Source of the DNA: Eledone cirrhosa
Lineage: Eukaryota
Direction of reading: 5' to 3'
Assembly: GCA_964016885.1 (NCBI GenBank)
Contig: OZ024759.1
Coordinates: 16,740,001-16,804,000, forward strand
Length of the DNA: 64,000 bases
Shown here: piece after piece, positions 53,301 to 63,740 of the stretch
How positions within the stretch are numbered: position 1 is the first letter of the stretch
Layout: each line of letters begins with the position of its first letter
Program-made: the position numbers and the translations under genes
The notes under the pieces: model-generated
Told to the model about the DNA's origin: nothing
Seen by the model: the letters and a program-made list of their open reading frames with translations, nothing else
The model's database searches: none

Positions 53301-56300
53301 TAGTAATGTCACAAGCTTTCCCATTATCAAGCTGATGTTTGGAGCATAACTTAAAGGTTCTTACATATAATTTTCATAGAACGTTTCTCATAAACGTAAA
53401 CACTTTAAAATGAACAGTTTTGAATTATAAATGAATGATTTCAGGCAGTTTGGTATCAAAAAGGTTCTGTTAATATTTGGAGCATAATCTAAAGGTTCTT
53501 TCATAAAATCATCATTGATGGTTTTCATGTAAATATAACTCTTAACATCCTGTGATGATTTAGTAAAAAAGTTCTAAAAACAGGTTTGTTAATTCAAATG
53601 TTTATAGTATCTTTACTGGCAGACAGATTGTAAAGACTTGAATTTTTAATGTGATACAGTCATAGTGTTGTTTTGTACTTTTCAAGAATGTCTTGCAAAT
53701 GCAGTTTTATGTGGTACAAGACTTTATGAGATAACATTTTAAAACTTTATGAGATAACATTTAAAAGTTTTGTATCATAAACGAGGATTTGTTTTATGTG
53801 GTGTAGTATCCAAAGGATTAATGTTTGGAGCATAACCTAAGGTTCTTACATAAAATTTTCAGGGAAAGTGTTTTAGGTAAACACTTTAACCATTTAGCAT
53901 TTACTATATATACTATTATATTTTCATAGTAAACATAATATCGAATCTATGAGATTTTGATATTATTTATTTTGAGAACAATGCTTTAACATTAGTATGA
54001 GTGGCCGGTTTGAACAGGAAGAGGTGAGATAATTCTGACTGGATACGGCGAGATAATTCTGACTTAAATACTAAAGGGTTAAAACAAAATGTTTTGTATT
54101 ATAAATCAAGGGTAGTTTGTTATCTAAAGGATTAAATTAATGTTTGGAGCATGACCTAAGTTTCTTACATAAAGTTATCAAGGAAGGTTTTTAGATAAAC
54201 GCTTTAAAATAAAGTGTTTTGTATCATAAACCAGGGCTGGTTTCAGGGGGTTTGGTATTCAGAGGGTTTAAATTAATGTTTGGAATCGCAATATAAAGGT
54301 TCTTGAAATTAGTTAAGGCGCAAGGCTTAGTTGTTAGAGAATTGGATTCGCAATTGTAAGGTTGCAAGTTCGATTCTCAGACCAGGCAATGTGTTGACTT
54401 TGAGCAAAACACTTTATTTCACGTTGCTCCTTCTGCCAGGAGTTGCAACCGATAGATAGTATCAGCAATGGAAAGACCATTGAAAACATTTCCTTGGTCT
54501 GATTTAACCCTTCAGCATTTATGTTACTCTATATTTACTATTGTATTTTAATGGTAAACCGTTTATTTCACATAATATCGAATCTATGAGATTTTGATAT
54601 TTATTTTGAGAACACTAGCTTAATGTCAGTATGAGCAGCCGGTTACAGCCTGTTTGAACAGAAAGAGGTGAAAGAATTCTGGCCAGATATGGTGGGTTTA
54701 AATGCTAGAGGCTTAATGAGGTCCATCGCAGTTGGTAAGCAATTGATGTCTGGGATCTTGTCAATTGACATCTTTTTATGTGAAATTATAATGGAAGGTT
54801 TTCAGATAAATATAAACACTTAATAACAGACAGTCTTGTGTCATAAAACAGGGGTTATTTCAGACAGTTTGGTATCCAAAGGGTTAGGAAATAAGTGTTG
54901 GTTCATTTGAATATGAATACACTCCTTTTCCAACCAATATCTTACCTGGTTTATTGTTTTCATTTCAGCACATCAATGATGCCATTGGTTGGCATCGATA
55001 CAATGTTGATGACAAAATAACAGTGAGGTTTGTTGAGTAAGTAAGAAATATTTTATATTCTATTGTCTGCTGGTGCCATGATAAAATGCATCTTGTACAC
55101 TCTGTAAAGTGGCAGTGCTGGTGTCATGAGAAAATGCACTCTGTAAAGTGATAGTGTTTGTGCATTGGTGCCATAATAAAATACACCCAGTACACTCTGT
55201 AAAGTGGCAGAGCTGGTGCCTCATATACCCAGTACACTCTGTAAAGTGATAGTGCTGGTGTTATGATAAAATGCACCGAGTACGCTCTATAAAGTGGTGG
55301 TGCTGGTATCATGATAAAATGCACCAAGTACACTCTGTAAAGTGATAGTGTTGGTGCCATGATAAAATACACCCAGTACACTCTGTAATGTGGTAGTGCT
55401 GGTGTCATAATAAAATTCACCCAGTACACTCCATAAAGAGGTAGTGTCGGTCCCACGATAAAATACGCCCAGTACATTCTGTAATGGTAGTGTTGGTGTC
55501 ACAATAAAATTCACCTAACATACTTTGTAAAGTTGGTGACAATAAGTACACTCTGTAAAGTGCTGGTGCCATAATGAAATACACCCAGTACACTCTGTCA
55601 GGTGCTAGTGCTGTTGATGCAATGAGAAAGTAAACCTTGTACATGCCATATTGGTTGGCATAAGGAAGGGCATCCAGACATAGAAACCATGCCAAAATGG
55701 AACGTATTTGAACGACACAGGCATCTGGCCTGCTTGTCTATCCTCAGAACATGACAATCAATTTAACCCATGCAAGAATAGAAAAGATATAAAGTGGTGG
55801 TGGTGATGATGATGATGGTTAAGTCTGGTTAGCGTAGATTTTTTCCTGCCACAAGTCACACATGAAGCAATGTTAAAATGATGATTTAAGGATTCAGTTC
55901 CTAGACCAGATGGTGTGTTGTATTTTTGAACAAAATACTTTATTTCATATGTAGGAGACACGGTAAAAAGGCTCCCAGTCCACACTGTAAATGTGGTTGA
56001 TGTTAGGAAGGGCATCCAGCCGTAGAAAACCTGCCAGATACAGTCCTATATGAGCGAGACACGGTCACCTGATCAATCTTGCCTCGAGTGGGACAATTCC
56101 CATCTAACCCATGGAAGATAGACGTTAAACGAGGATGATCCTTCATCCAGGAATTATGACAGATAGTATCAGCAATGGAAAAACCAATGGAAACTTCATT
56201 TCCTTGGTCAGATCTGATGATCAACTCTTTTCCATTCTGCCAGGAATTGCAACTAAGAGATAGTATTAGGTCCAATTCCTTGGTCCAATCTGACAGTTGG

Positions 56301-58937
56301 CTCCTTTCCTGTTTTGTGGCTTATATTTTATTTCAGTGGGTAATTATATAATTGTTTCTACTTTTGGCACAAGGCCAGCAATACCCAGTGTATTACTGGT
56401 ACTTTATTTTATCGGCCCCATAAGAATGAAAGGCAAAGTTGACCTCGGCGGGATTTGAACTCAGAATGGAAAGGGCAGTAACTCTATGCTGCAAAGCATG
56501 GCGTCCGACCCTCTACCGATACTACCAATCCACCGCCCTATAGTGGGTAATTATATAATAGCCTGTACTCTGTTTGCAAGTTGTGTTCTCACCCATAGCT
56601 GTGTTGCAGTAGTTTGAACCAAAAACCAAAAGAAGAAACTTGCCCAAGGTACCGTGTGTAATGAATCTAGAACACCTGTTTTTGTTATTGATTTATTTAT
56701 TTTTTGTTTTGTTGTCTGCTACTTTAGATATATTGGCTGCAATTGCATTGTGAAGCTGCATACATCAACCAAGAAGGCCCTTCGGCTAACAGAAAAGTCA
56801 CAGAAAATAATGCAGTTAGTATATCTTCCATGTTTAACCCTTTCATTACCATGTTTCTCATGACATACTCTGATACTCTGTATTTTAATTATTTGATAAT
56901 TTTGTGGAGATCAACTAATTCTAGGTAGAAATGTTCTCCAGATCAACTAATTCTAGGTAAAGCTCTTCTCCAAATCAACTAATTCTAGGTAAAGATCTCC
57001 AGATCAACTAATTCTGGGTAAACCTCTTCTCCAGATCAACTAATTCTAGGTAAACCTCTTCTCCAGATCAACTAATTCTAGGTCGAAATCTTCTACAGAT
57101 CAACTAATTTTAGATAAAGATCTTCTTCAGATCAACTAATGGCCTCCAAATCAATTAATGTTAACTAAAGATCTTCCCCATGGAGGAACTTAGTGGTAAA
57201 AATGTTGGTTTTATGATTATAATGTGGGTTCGTTTCCTGGATTGGGTTGTGTGTTATGTTCTTGAGCAAAACACATCATTTCACGTTGCTCCAGTATACT
57301 TAGCTGCAAATGAGTACTAGCAATAGCTGGGGGTTTAACCCTGTGATGGACTGGCGTCCTGTCCAGGAGGAAATCATATACTCTCAGTCGCTTCACACCA
57401 CAGAAACTGGAATAAGCATTGGCCTGATGAGTCTCCGGGCTGAAGACAGATTTTAGACTTTAGAAAGACCTTCTCCAGATCAACTAATTCTAGGTAGAGA
57501 CTTTCTCCATGTTAACTAATTCTAGGTAAAGGAATTTCCACTAACCAAAATCGTTTTCATTCCTAATCTTGTTGCTTTTTAGTAATGTGAAAACCCCAAG
57601 AATTAGTCATGCTCATGACAATACCATTAACCAGAAATATGAAGCAATGGAGGTGGATACAGCTACAAATGCTAAACCCCGGGATCAATCGCAGTTGAAG
57701 AAGAAAACATCCTTGAAACGCAAATCTGAAAACAATGTTGATAGTAATGATATTTCTTCTGGAAATGAGTTGAGAAAAGGTTTGGTAAAAAAAAAACGCA
57801 AATTGGAGCAAAAGGTAAATTTTAATCTAAATACCTCCATATGTGTATGTATATATATATATGTGTGTATGTATATATATATATGTGTGTATGTATATAA
57901 ATGTATATATATATATGTGTGTATGTATATATATATATGTGTGTATGTATATATATATATGTGTGTATGTATATAAATGTATATATATATATGTGTGTAT
58001 GTATATATATATATGTGTGTATGTATATAAATGTATATATATATATGTGTGTATGTATATATATATATGTGTGTATGTATATAAATATATATATATGTGT
58101 GTATGTATATAAATATATATATATGTGTATGTTTATAAATATATATATGTGTATGTATATAAATATATGTGTATATATATAAATATATATGTGTGTGTAT
58201 GTATATAAATATATATATATGTCAGCTTATATATGTTTGTATGTAAATATATGTGTATGTGTGTGTATAATATATATATCAGGTCCATAACTTCTATGGT
58301 TGATCCTGAAACAATCCTCTGCATAACAGGTCGATACACAATAAAAAAAAAAAAAAAACTAAATACATGTAAATGAAACTTTATCGTTTTCTTCCTTGCC
58401 TGCCCACATCATATATCCTGCTAAGCTTTTTCTTCTTTCTTCAACATTCCAACATCCTTTTTCTCCTAATTTTACTTCTTCCTGATGAATGACTAATGTT
58501 GGATATGTAGAGACATTCGTTTTTCCTTTTCCCACAACTAGTAAACTAAACGAATCTTGTGTAAGCACTCAACATATTGTTCTCTGTGTATGTATACATA
58601 TTTATAGGAGATGAATAAACTGGATTACCAAATGACAAAAAGAATACAGAGCATATCATCATCGACATCATCATTTTACGTCCGCTTTTCCCTGCTTGCA
58701 AGGGTGGGGTGGGTCCTATTCAGCACAGCATCTCTTCACTTGTCACGGTCCTTTGTCATCTCCACCATGAGCTTCAGCGATCTGAGGTCTGCTCTCACCA
58801 CCTCCACCCATGTTTTTTAAATCATTTGACAACCAAAGAGGATACCACAAATCATTTTATTAATGTCAACAAGCATTTCATCTTTAATATTAACAAGTAA
58901 CATTAAAGCTTCATCTGGGAATTAATTCAGGATTTGG

Positions 58938-59000
<63 letters not shown>

Positions 59001-61943
59001 AGGTGGGCTGGCTCATATGGGAACTGATATATATTTCATCATCATTTAGTATCTATCTTCCTCCTAGCATGGGTTAGATGGGTTTGTCCCATTTAGAGGC
59101 AAGTTTGGTCGGGTGACCATGTCTCACTTGTATAGGACAGTTTCTGGCTGATTTTCTACGACTAGATGCCCATCCTAATGCCAACCACATTTACAGTGTG
59201 GACTGGGTGCTTTTTGCTGCATCTCCTACACAACCACTTTACAGTGTGGGCTGGATGTTTTGTGGTATATATATATATATATATATTGTTATGCTTTGGG
59301 AGGGTCATGTTGCCAATAAGAAACACATGCACCAGTTGCTTTCACTCCAATTTATTATAAATTTAAGAATTTATAAATTTCCGGTTGGTTGGTTGGTTGG
59401 TTCCATAACCGGACGGTTGTTCATATATTGTCAGTTCTTATAGATAGATAGATAGAGGAATAGAGATGGGAAGGGACAGCTAGACAACGCCATTGACAGA
59501 GAATATTTTAGATCTACCCATCATCACCACCATGTCTTTTTTCTCTTACTTTTGTGTTCCTTGAATTCTAAATAAAAATTTTAGAACATTTTTTGACAGA
59601 TCGCAGCTTTAGTTTATGTGACAGGCAAACAAAAATGGTCCTACATTTATTATAATATCGATTCTCTGTTTGTCTTTTTTAAAGTCAATTGAAGTTATGC
59701 CTCCTGTCTACTTCAACTGGAATAATGTAACAGCACCAGTAGAAGAGAATGGTTATGTTAGCAGTGAGGAAGATATTGAAATGGAAGGCCCCAATGATGA
59801 AGGAACTACCACAAGTGTAAGAATTTTTGTTGTTGTTCCGTTTTTTATACTTTTTATGTCATCATCATCATCATTATCATCTTCTTCATCACTGTTTCTA
59901 CATTTTTTCATTCTAGTTTGGATTAGACAAGTTGTCCCATTGTGAGACAAGCCAGATCAGATGACCATGTCTTGTTCATACAGAACTGATTCTGGATTGG
60001 TTTCTATGGCTGGCTGGATGCCCTTTTAATGCTGACCACAGGGCATATTAGGTGCTTTTTATTGTGGCCCCAATGACCTTTACAGCACTGGTGTCAATAT
60101 AATCGTTTTTCTACATGCTACCCAAATTACTGGCCTTGTGCCTAAAGTAAAAACCATTATTTTTATTATCGGGCTAGTGGATTGTCTGTATCAGTAGAGT
60201 GTCGGACAACACATTTTGTGGCATATAGTTACATCTTTTTACATTCTGAGTTCAAATCCCACCGAGGTTAACTTTGCCTTTCATTCTTACCGGGTTGATA
60301 AAATAAAGCAGCAGTTGATTTTTTCGACTTGTCCTACGCCATCCAAAAAAAATTGTTGGCCTTGTGCCTAAATCAGAAACCATTATTATTACTGTTCTGA
60401 GTTCGAATCCCGCCAAGGTTAACTTTGCCTTTCATCCTTACAGGGTCGATAAAATAAAGTACCAGTAATACACTGGGGTAATTGCTGGCCTTGTGCCATA
60501 AGTAGAAAGAATTCTTGTTATTGTTTTCTAATCTACCTTCACCTTTCTAATCCTACAGACACTGCTGAAGAAAAAGAAAGCTGCTAGAAAGCTTGAGAAA
60601 AAACGAGAAGAAGAAAAGTTGTATGAAGTGAGTATTTTAGGTCCACAGTCTACCTAACCATCATTTTCTCCCTTGGTTTTTAACCCTTTCCTGACCATAT
60701 TTCTAATGAAATACACTCCATTTCAGTTACCGTATTTCCTGGTGCCGAAGACACTTCGTCATCAGGGACGCACCCTAATTTTGACAACCAAAAATTTGAA
60801 AAAAAATAATAAACACCTTTTGGGTTCCAGGACGCATGGTAGATTTTTGAGATTTATTTTAAGAAAAAGGTTTGACGCCGGGAAATACGGTAATTAATAA
60901 AGAGGTTAAGGAGGGATTTACTAAAATTACTAATTACTAGCAGAAAAACCACGCTTCGGGTGGTTTTCTGTTAGCATGTGTAGTGTGTATATTGATATTA
61001 TACGCAAGTATATATACATGTAGATATGATACATCAAATAAAATCGTAATTGACAATATACACAGAAATTGAACGAAGACTGTGTTACACTGTCTTATGT
61101 AATCAGTAACGTAATCCATGATACATTTGCATTAGGAGAAAATTAGTGACAGAAAATTAATATGTTTATTTAAACGATCACTAACCGGAAGTGTTGACAT
61201 TTGAAAATTTTAAAGAAGTGAATCTTTAAATAAGTAATAAAATATATTTAATAAACAGCCACGAAATTTAGTGGATAAATTATGTAATATTCATTCATTA
61301 TTTATTCAAAGTAATCCAACTTATTTTACTAACTGGATAAAAAATTATAAACCATACGCAGTCCCATGCTTCTTACTTTATTATAGTTTAGATTACATTA
61401 CTAAAATTGTAACTTAATGTATGGGAAGCTGGGGTACGTTCTGACCTGATGAACTTCTGGGGCTTGGGACAGACCTTAACTTTTAACTTCTTTTCTATTT
61501 ATATCAGATTGAACGTCAGCGGATCGGTGGAGAAAAAGCACCTGAAACAGCCGATGACTTTGATCGTCTTCTCCTCAATTCACCAAATAGTTCCATGCTA
61601 TGGCTACGATACATGGCTTTCCACCTGGAAACGGCTGAGGTTGATAAAGCAAGATCTGTTGCAGAGAGAGCTCTGAAAACCATCTTATTTAGGTGAGGTT
61701 CTCCCTCCCCCATCCACTTCTACTGGATTTTCATTTTGTCAGATATTAATATTTAAAAAATTCCTTTGTATATATGTATATATATATATATATATATCGA
61801 CACAGAAGTGAACCTAAACATCGAGTGCTCACCCGGGTGAACCTACAGTAACTCCAAGTTACACTCCCTAGATATATATATATATATATATATATAAATG
61901 TTGGGCGAATGGATGAAACACCGAACATTACCATTAGGGCCAG

Positions 61944-61981
<38 letters not shown>

Positions 61982-62611
61982 CGGGAATGGAGGCACATGG
62001 CTTAGTGGTTAGATCATTGGCCTTGCAATCGAAAGGTTGTGAGTTCAATTCTCAGACCGGGTGATGTGTTGTTTCCTTGAGCAAGACACTTTATTTCACA
62101 TTGCTCCAGTTTACTCAGCTATAGAAATGAGATGATAGGGACTGGGGTCCCTATCATTCCACTGTAAAGTGGTCGTGGAGGTGCCACAACAAAAAAGCAC
62201 CCAGCACTCACTGTAAATGAGGTTGGTGTTAGGAAGGGCATCCAGCTGTAGAAATCAAGCCAGAATCAGTTCCCGTCCCACCCTGGCAAGCAGGGAAAAG
62301 CGGACGTTAAATGATGATGATGATGATATATATTGCTGCTGCCCTCGATCTTCCACGCTAGCATGGGTTAGACAGGAGTTGTCTCAGTTGAGGCAAGATT
62401 GGCCGGGTGACCATGTCTCGCTCGTATAGGACTATCTGGCAAGTTATCTACGGCTAGATGCCCTTCCTGACACCAACCACATAGTGTGGACTGGGAACTT
62501 TTTACTGTGTTACCTATATGACCACATTAGACCGTGGGCTGTGTGTTTTTTTGTCTTGACACCTACACGTTCTCATTTGTGGTACCAACTATATATATAT
62601 ATATATATACG

Positions 62612-62642
<31 letters not shown>

Positions 62643-63234
62643 AGACTTCGTTTTTGAATTTGTTTTGCAAGATTTCTTATCTGAAAACGTGTGTTGAAAC
62701 AGATATTGTTATACTTTGGGAGGGTCATGCTCCCAATAAAAACAAACGCACCTGATGGTTTTCACTTAACCCAATCACTGAGGAGGTTACAGAATGTGTG
62801 ACGAAAGAGCTTTAACAATATATAAACAACCAGCCAGTTATCGAACCAACCAACTGGAAATTTATAATAAATTGAAGTGAAAACCAACAGATGCGTGTTT
62901 TTATTGGCAATATGACCCTCCCAAAGTATAACAATATACATATATATATATATATTATATATACTGCCCTTGTTACACTCTGTAAGACCTAGCAAGATTT
63001 GAACTTGAAATGTCCACTTCACATTTATTATGTTTTTTTTTTCTTATTGCCATGTTTTATTTTAGGGAGGAGCAAGAGAAATTTAATGTTTGGATTGCTT
63101 ACCTGAACCTTGAAAACCTGTATGGCTCCAAAGAAAACCTCACTTCTGTTTTACAGAGAGCTCTACAGCAGAATCAACCTTTAAAAGTTTACCAACAACT
63201 TGTAAACGTATACACAAAATCTGGGAAGATTGAA
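22904..63234 (+). CDS. PDCD11: RRP5 homolog / PDCD11 (S1 repeats + HAT/TPR domain; rRNA processing); 29 exons, continues past window end
   Basis: The exon chain is phase-consistent (3378 nt). Motifs: [43 protein letters not shown], and the HAT region [29 protein letters not shown]...[22 protein letters not shown]. Confidence 0.93.
23345..24305. repeat. Minisatellite, 58-bp unit, ~16 copies
   Basis: caactggctaacatagggtcctgtgttctattgagtccttagaagggccagtggtcca. Confidence 0.95.
24351..24497 (+). CDS. PDCD11: RRP5 exon
   Basis: [21 protein letters not shown]...[21 protein letters not shown]; donor gtgagt. Confidence 0.88.
24533..24968. repeat. G-rich minisatellite, 27-28-bp unit, ~15 copies
   Basis: actgaggaaggagggggtgattacgtcg with a ttctgtcggctgatg variant. 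Confidence 0.95.
25126..25237 (+). CDS. PDCD11: RRP5 exon (S1)
   Basis: [37 protein letters not shown]. Confidence 0.92.
25969..26087 (+). CDS. PDCD11: RRP5 exon
   Basis: [39 protein letters not shown]; donor gtaagt. Confidence 0.9.
26443..27490. repeat. SINE-derived minisatellite, 48-bp unit, ~22 copies
   Basis: cccagtttacactgtaaagtggtagtgctggtgccatgttaatataca. Confidence 0.95.
27832..28048. mobile_element. Tc1/mariner-type MITE
   Basis: TA-CAGGGTGGGCCGTAAGTCATGCACCAA ... TTGGTGTATGACTTAAAGCCCACCCTG-TA. Confidence 0.8.
28101..28172 (+). CDS. PDCD11: RRP5 exon
   Basis: [24 protein letters not shown]; donor gtaagt. Confidence 0.85.
28550..29033 (+). mobile_element. RTE-clade LINE 3' fragment
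   Basis: [50 protein letters not shown]; (GAA)n-like tail. Confidence 0.88.
29190..29514. mobile_element. Tigger/pogo-like non-autonomous DNA transposon
   Basis: TA-CAGTGTACCCTCAGCATTC ... GAATACCAGGGGACAACTG-TA, imperfect TIRs. Confidence 0.6.
29634..29726 (+). CDS. PDCD11: RRP5 exon
   Basis: [31 protein letters not shown]; weak donor gtatag. Confidence 0.75.
30465..30812 (-). mobile_element. SINE-related element; close copy in opposite orientation at ~2645-2965
   Basis: Long shared sequence including ggggtggtgtggatggggtgggggtagtggg; (CAT)n tail. Confidence 0.8.
31102..31299 (+). CDS. PDCD11: RRP5 exon (S1)
   Basis: [19 protein letters not shown]...[33 protein letters not shown]; donor gtgagt. 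Confidence 0.88.
31561..31700. repeat. 36-bp tandem repeat, ~4 copies
   Basis: ctttgaagttatgaactgttggaaacgagttcacaa. Confidence 0.9.
32792..32859 (+). CDS. PDCD11: RRP5 exon
   Basis: [22 protein letters not shown](R); phase 0 to 2. Confidence 0.75.
33580..33636 (+). CDS. PDCD11: RRP5 exon
   Basis: (R)[18 protein letters not shown](W); phase 2 to 2; donor gttagt. Confidence 0.78.
33680..33979 (+). mobile_element. RTE-clade LINE 3' end with (GAT)n tail
   Basis: [37 protein letters not shown]...DRDKWR; reverse copy at ~58655-58815. Confidence 0.9.
34005..35235. repeat. SINE-derived minisatellite, 47-bp unit, >20 copies
   Basis: cagtctaccctgtaaggtggtagtgctggtaccacagcaaaaccaac. Confidence 0.95.
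37505..37565 (+). CDS. PDCD11: RRP5 exon (first strand of an apparently truncated S1)
   Basis: (W)[20 protein letters not shown]; donor gtatgt. Confidence 0.8.
38552..38623 (+). CDS. PDCD11: Duplicated Lys-rich exon, copy 1
   Basis: ttgcag|[24 protein letters not shown]|gtgagt; 72 nt, phase 0/0. Confidence 0.75.
39919..39990 (+). CDS. PDCD11: Duplicated Lys-rich exon, copy 2
   Basis: [24 protein letters not shown]; donor weakened to gtgaat. Confidence 0.65.
40770..40841 (+). CDS. PDCD11: Duplicated Lys-rich exon, copy 3
   Basis: [24 protein letters not shown]; donor gtgagt. Confidence 0.72.
41612..41686 (+). CDS. PDCD11: Duplicated Lys-rich exon, copy 4 (most diverged)
   Basis: [25 protein letters not shown]; 75 nt; donor gtgagt. 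Confidence 0.75.
42215..42785 (+). mobile_element. Non-autonomous Helitron-like element
   Basis: A|TCTATATATATAAAG 5' end, degenerate GC hairpin (cgcagcaaggcgcggg), then CTAG|T 3' end. Confidence 0.7.
43078..43460. repeat. (ACT/ACC)n trinucleotide low-complexity tract
   Basis: Gives spurious poly-Thr, poly-Val and poly-Leu/Pro ORFs. Confidence 0.95.
43492..43569 (+). CDS. PDCD11: RRP5 exon (linker into S1)
   Basis: [26 protein letters not shown]; donor gtgagt. Confidence 0.82.
44293..44484 (+). CDS. PDCD11: RRP5 exon (S1)
   Basis: [38 protein letters not shown]...[17 protein letters not shown]; donor GTATCCTT. Confidence 0.9.
44485..45505 (+). other. U12-type (minor spliceosome) GT-AG intron
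   Basis: Donor GTATCCTTT; branch-like TCCTTAAG at 45487-45494, 12-13 nt before the acceptor; flanking exons join in frame. Confidence 0.85.
45158..45450. mobile_element. Second dispersed TIR element family with TTAA-like ends
   Basis: cttaacatcctgta ... tacaggacattaagagttaa; fragments at ~33104-33490, 37680-38085 (reverse), 52320-52460 and 53537-53735. Confidence 0.55.
45506..45580 (+). CDS. PDCD11: RRP5 exon
   Basis: [25 protein letters not shown]; donor gtaagt. Confidence 0.87.
46684..46779 (+). CDS. PDCD11: RRP5 exon (S1)
   Basis: [32 protein letters not shown]. Confidence 0.92.
47847..48063 (+). CDS. PDCD11: RRP5 exon
   Basis: [40 protein letters not shown]...LLRSKK; donor gtaagt. Confidence 0.9.
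48245..48662. repeat. 83-bp tandem repeat, ~5 copies
   Basis: tgtccaagggaaaagcaaggaccgatacagcttggcaccagtgtcatgccaactcatatacattatatatacactg. Confidence 0.95.
49723..49857 (+). CDS. PDCD11: RRP5 exon (S1)
   Basis: [44 protein letters not shown]. Confidence 0.88.
49995..50390 (-). repeat. 84-bp tandem repeat derived from RTE 3' coding sequence
   Basis: Minus strand reads [17 protein letters not shown], compare [16 protein letters not shown] at 33811. Confidence 0.8.
50643..50776 (+). CDS. PDCD11: RRP5 exon
   Basis: [44 protein letters not shown]; donor gtgcag chosen to keep phase. Confidence 0.8.
50858..52290. repeat. Minisatellite, 98/95-bp unit, ~14 copies
   Basis: ggtcccagtcctccatcatatgctgaaatgttgcagtgttgtgacctattgagtccctaatgttgtcagaccagctctggcccttagtaatcacctct. 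Confidence 0.95.
52999..53112 (+). CDS. PDCD11: RRP5 exon
   Basis: [38 protein letters not shown]. Confidence 0.85.
54969..55036 (+). CDS. PDCD11: RRP5 exon
   Basis: [22 protein letters not shown](E); HxND motif; donor gtaagt. Confidence 0.82.
56728..56814 (+). CDS. PDCD11: RRP5 exon
   Basis: [28 protein letters not shown](H); phase 2 to 2. Confidence 0.75.
56908..57180. repeat. ~30-bp tandem repeat, interrupted by a SINE and resuming at ~57470-57530
   Basis: agatcaactaattctaggtaaacctcttctcc. Confidence 0.9.
57583..57814 (+). CDS. PDCD11: RRP5 exon (charged linker, NLS-like)
   Basis: [12 protein letters not shown]...[12 protein letters not shown]...[11 protein letters not shown]; donor gtaaat. 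Confidence 0.82.
57838..58280. repeat. Compound TA/TG microsatellite
   Basis: atatgtgtgtatgtatatatatat units. Confidence 0.95.
59685..59816 (+). CDS. PDCD11: RRP5 exon (FxW motif, acidic patch)
   Basis: [44 protein letters not shown]. Confidence 0.85.
60559..60627 (+). CDS. PDCD11: RRP5 exon
   Basis: [23 protein letters not shown]; donor gtgagt. Confidence 0.87.
60728..60892. mobile_element. Tc2/pogo-like MITE
   Basis: TA-CCGTATTTCCTGGTG ... GACGCCGGGAAATACGG-TA. Confidence 0.7.
61508..61692 (+). CDS. PDCD11: RRP5 exon (start of HAT domain)
   Basis: [61 protein letters not shown](R). Confidence 0.95.
61989..62326 (+). mobile_element. Full-length tRNA-derived SINE (A/B boxes, CORE-like segment, RTE-type tail)
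   Basis: tggcttagtgg (A box), gagttcaattc (B box), ccttgagcaagacacttt, and tail cccgtcccaccctggcaagcagggaaaagcggacgttaaa(tga)n. Confidence 0.88.
62703..62937. mobile_element. MITE with ~60-bp imperfect TIRs
   Basis: atattgttatactttgggagggtcat ... atgaccctcccaaagtataacaatat; partial copy at ~59283-59440. Confidence 0.75.
63066..63234 (+). CDS. PDCD11: RRP5 exon (HAT)
   Basis: [56 protein letters not shown]. Confidence 0.95.
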
Positions 63235-63267
63235 GTAAGCCTTTTTTTTTTATCTGATAAATCTGTT

Positions 63268-63740
63268 AGTCTCTCTCTCTTTCTCTGTTGTTTTCTCTTC
63301 ATCTCTCCCCGTGTCTATCTGTCTTTCTCTCTCTCTAAGTCTCTCCTTCTCTGTCTTTGTGTCTGTCTCTCTCTCTCTCTCTCTCTGTAAGTCTCTCCTT
63401 CCCTGCCCTTGTCCTTCTTTGTTCCCCCCCTCTCTCTCTCTCTGTAAGTCTCTCCTTCCCTGCTCTTGTCCCTCTGTGTTCCCTTCCCCCCTCTCTCTCT
63501 CTGTTTGTAGTTCTCTCACCTCTCTCTGTCATTCTTTCTCCCTTCTCTCTTTCTCTGTCTGTCTCTGTCGTTTTCTCTCCATCTCTCTTCTGTCCCTCTC
63601 TCTCTAAGTCTTTTCTTTGTCATTTTCTCTTCCCTTCTCTCTCTGCTTGTCATTCTATCTCCCTTCCACCTCTCTCTGTTTGTCCTCTCTCTCTCTGTCA
63701 TTCTGTCTCCCTCTCTCTATTCTCTCTTCTCTCTCTCTCT
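63268..63740. repeat. CT-rich low-complexity tract
   Basis: Degenerate (CT)n. Confidence 0.95.

Noticed and set aside
57421-57450. CTGATGA motifs as further hammerheads (also 21920-21935 and within 24533-24968)
   Set aside because: No properly placed GAAA or no helix II; they are parts of SINE tails or a minisatellite.
61989-62070. tRNA genes at A/B-box sequences
   Set aside because: They continue directly into SINE bodies and lack a complete acceptor stem.
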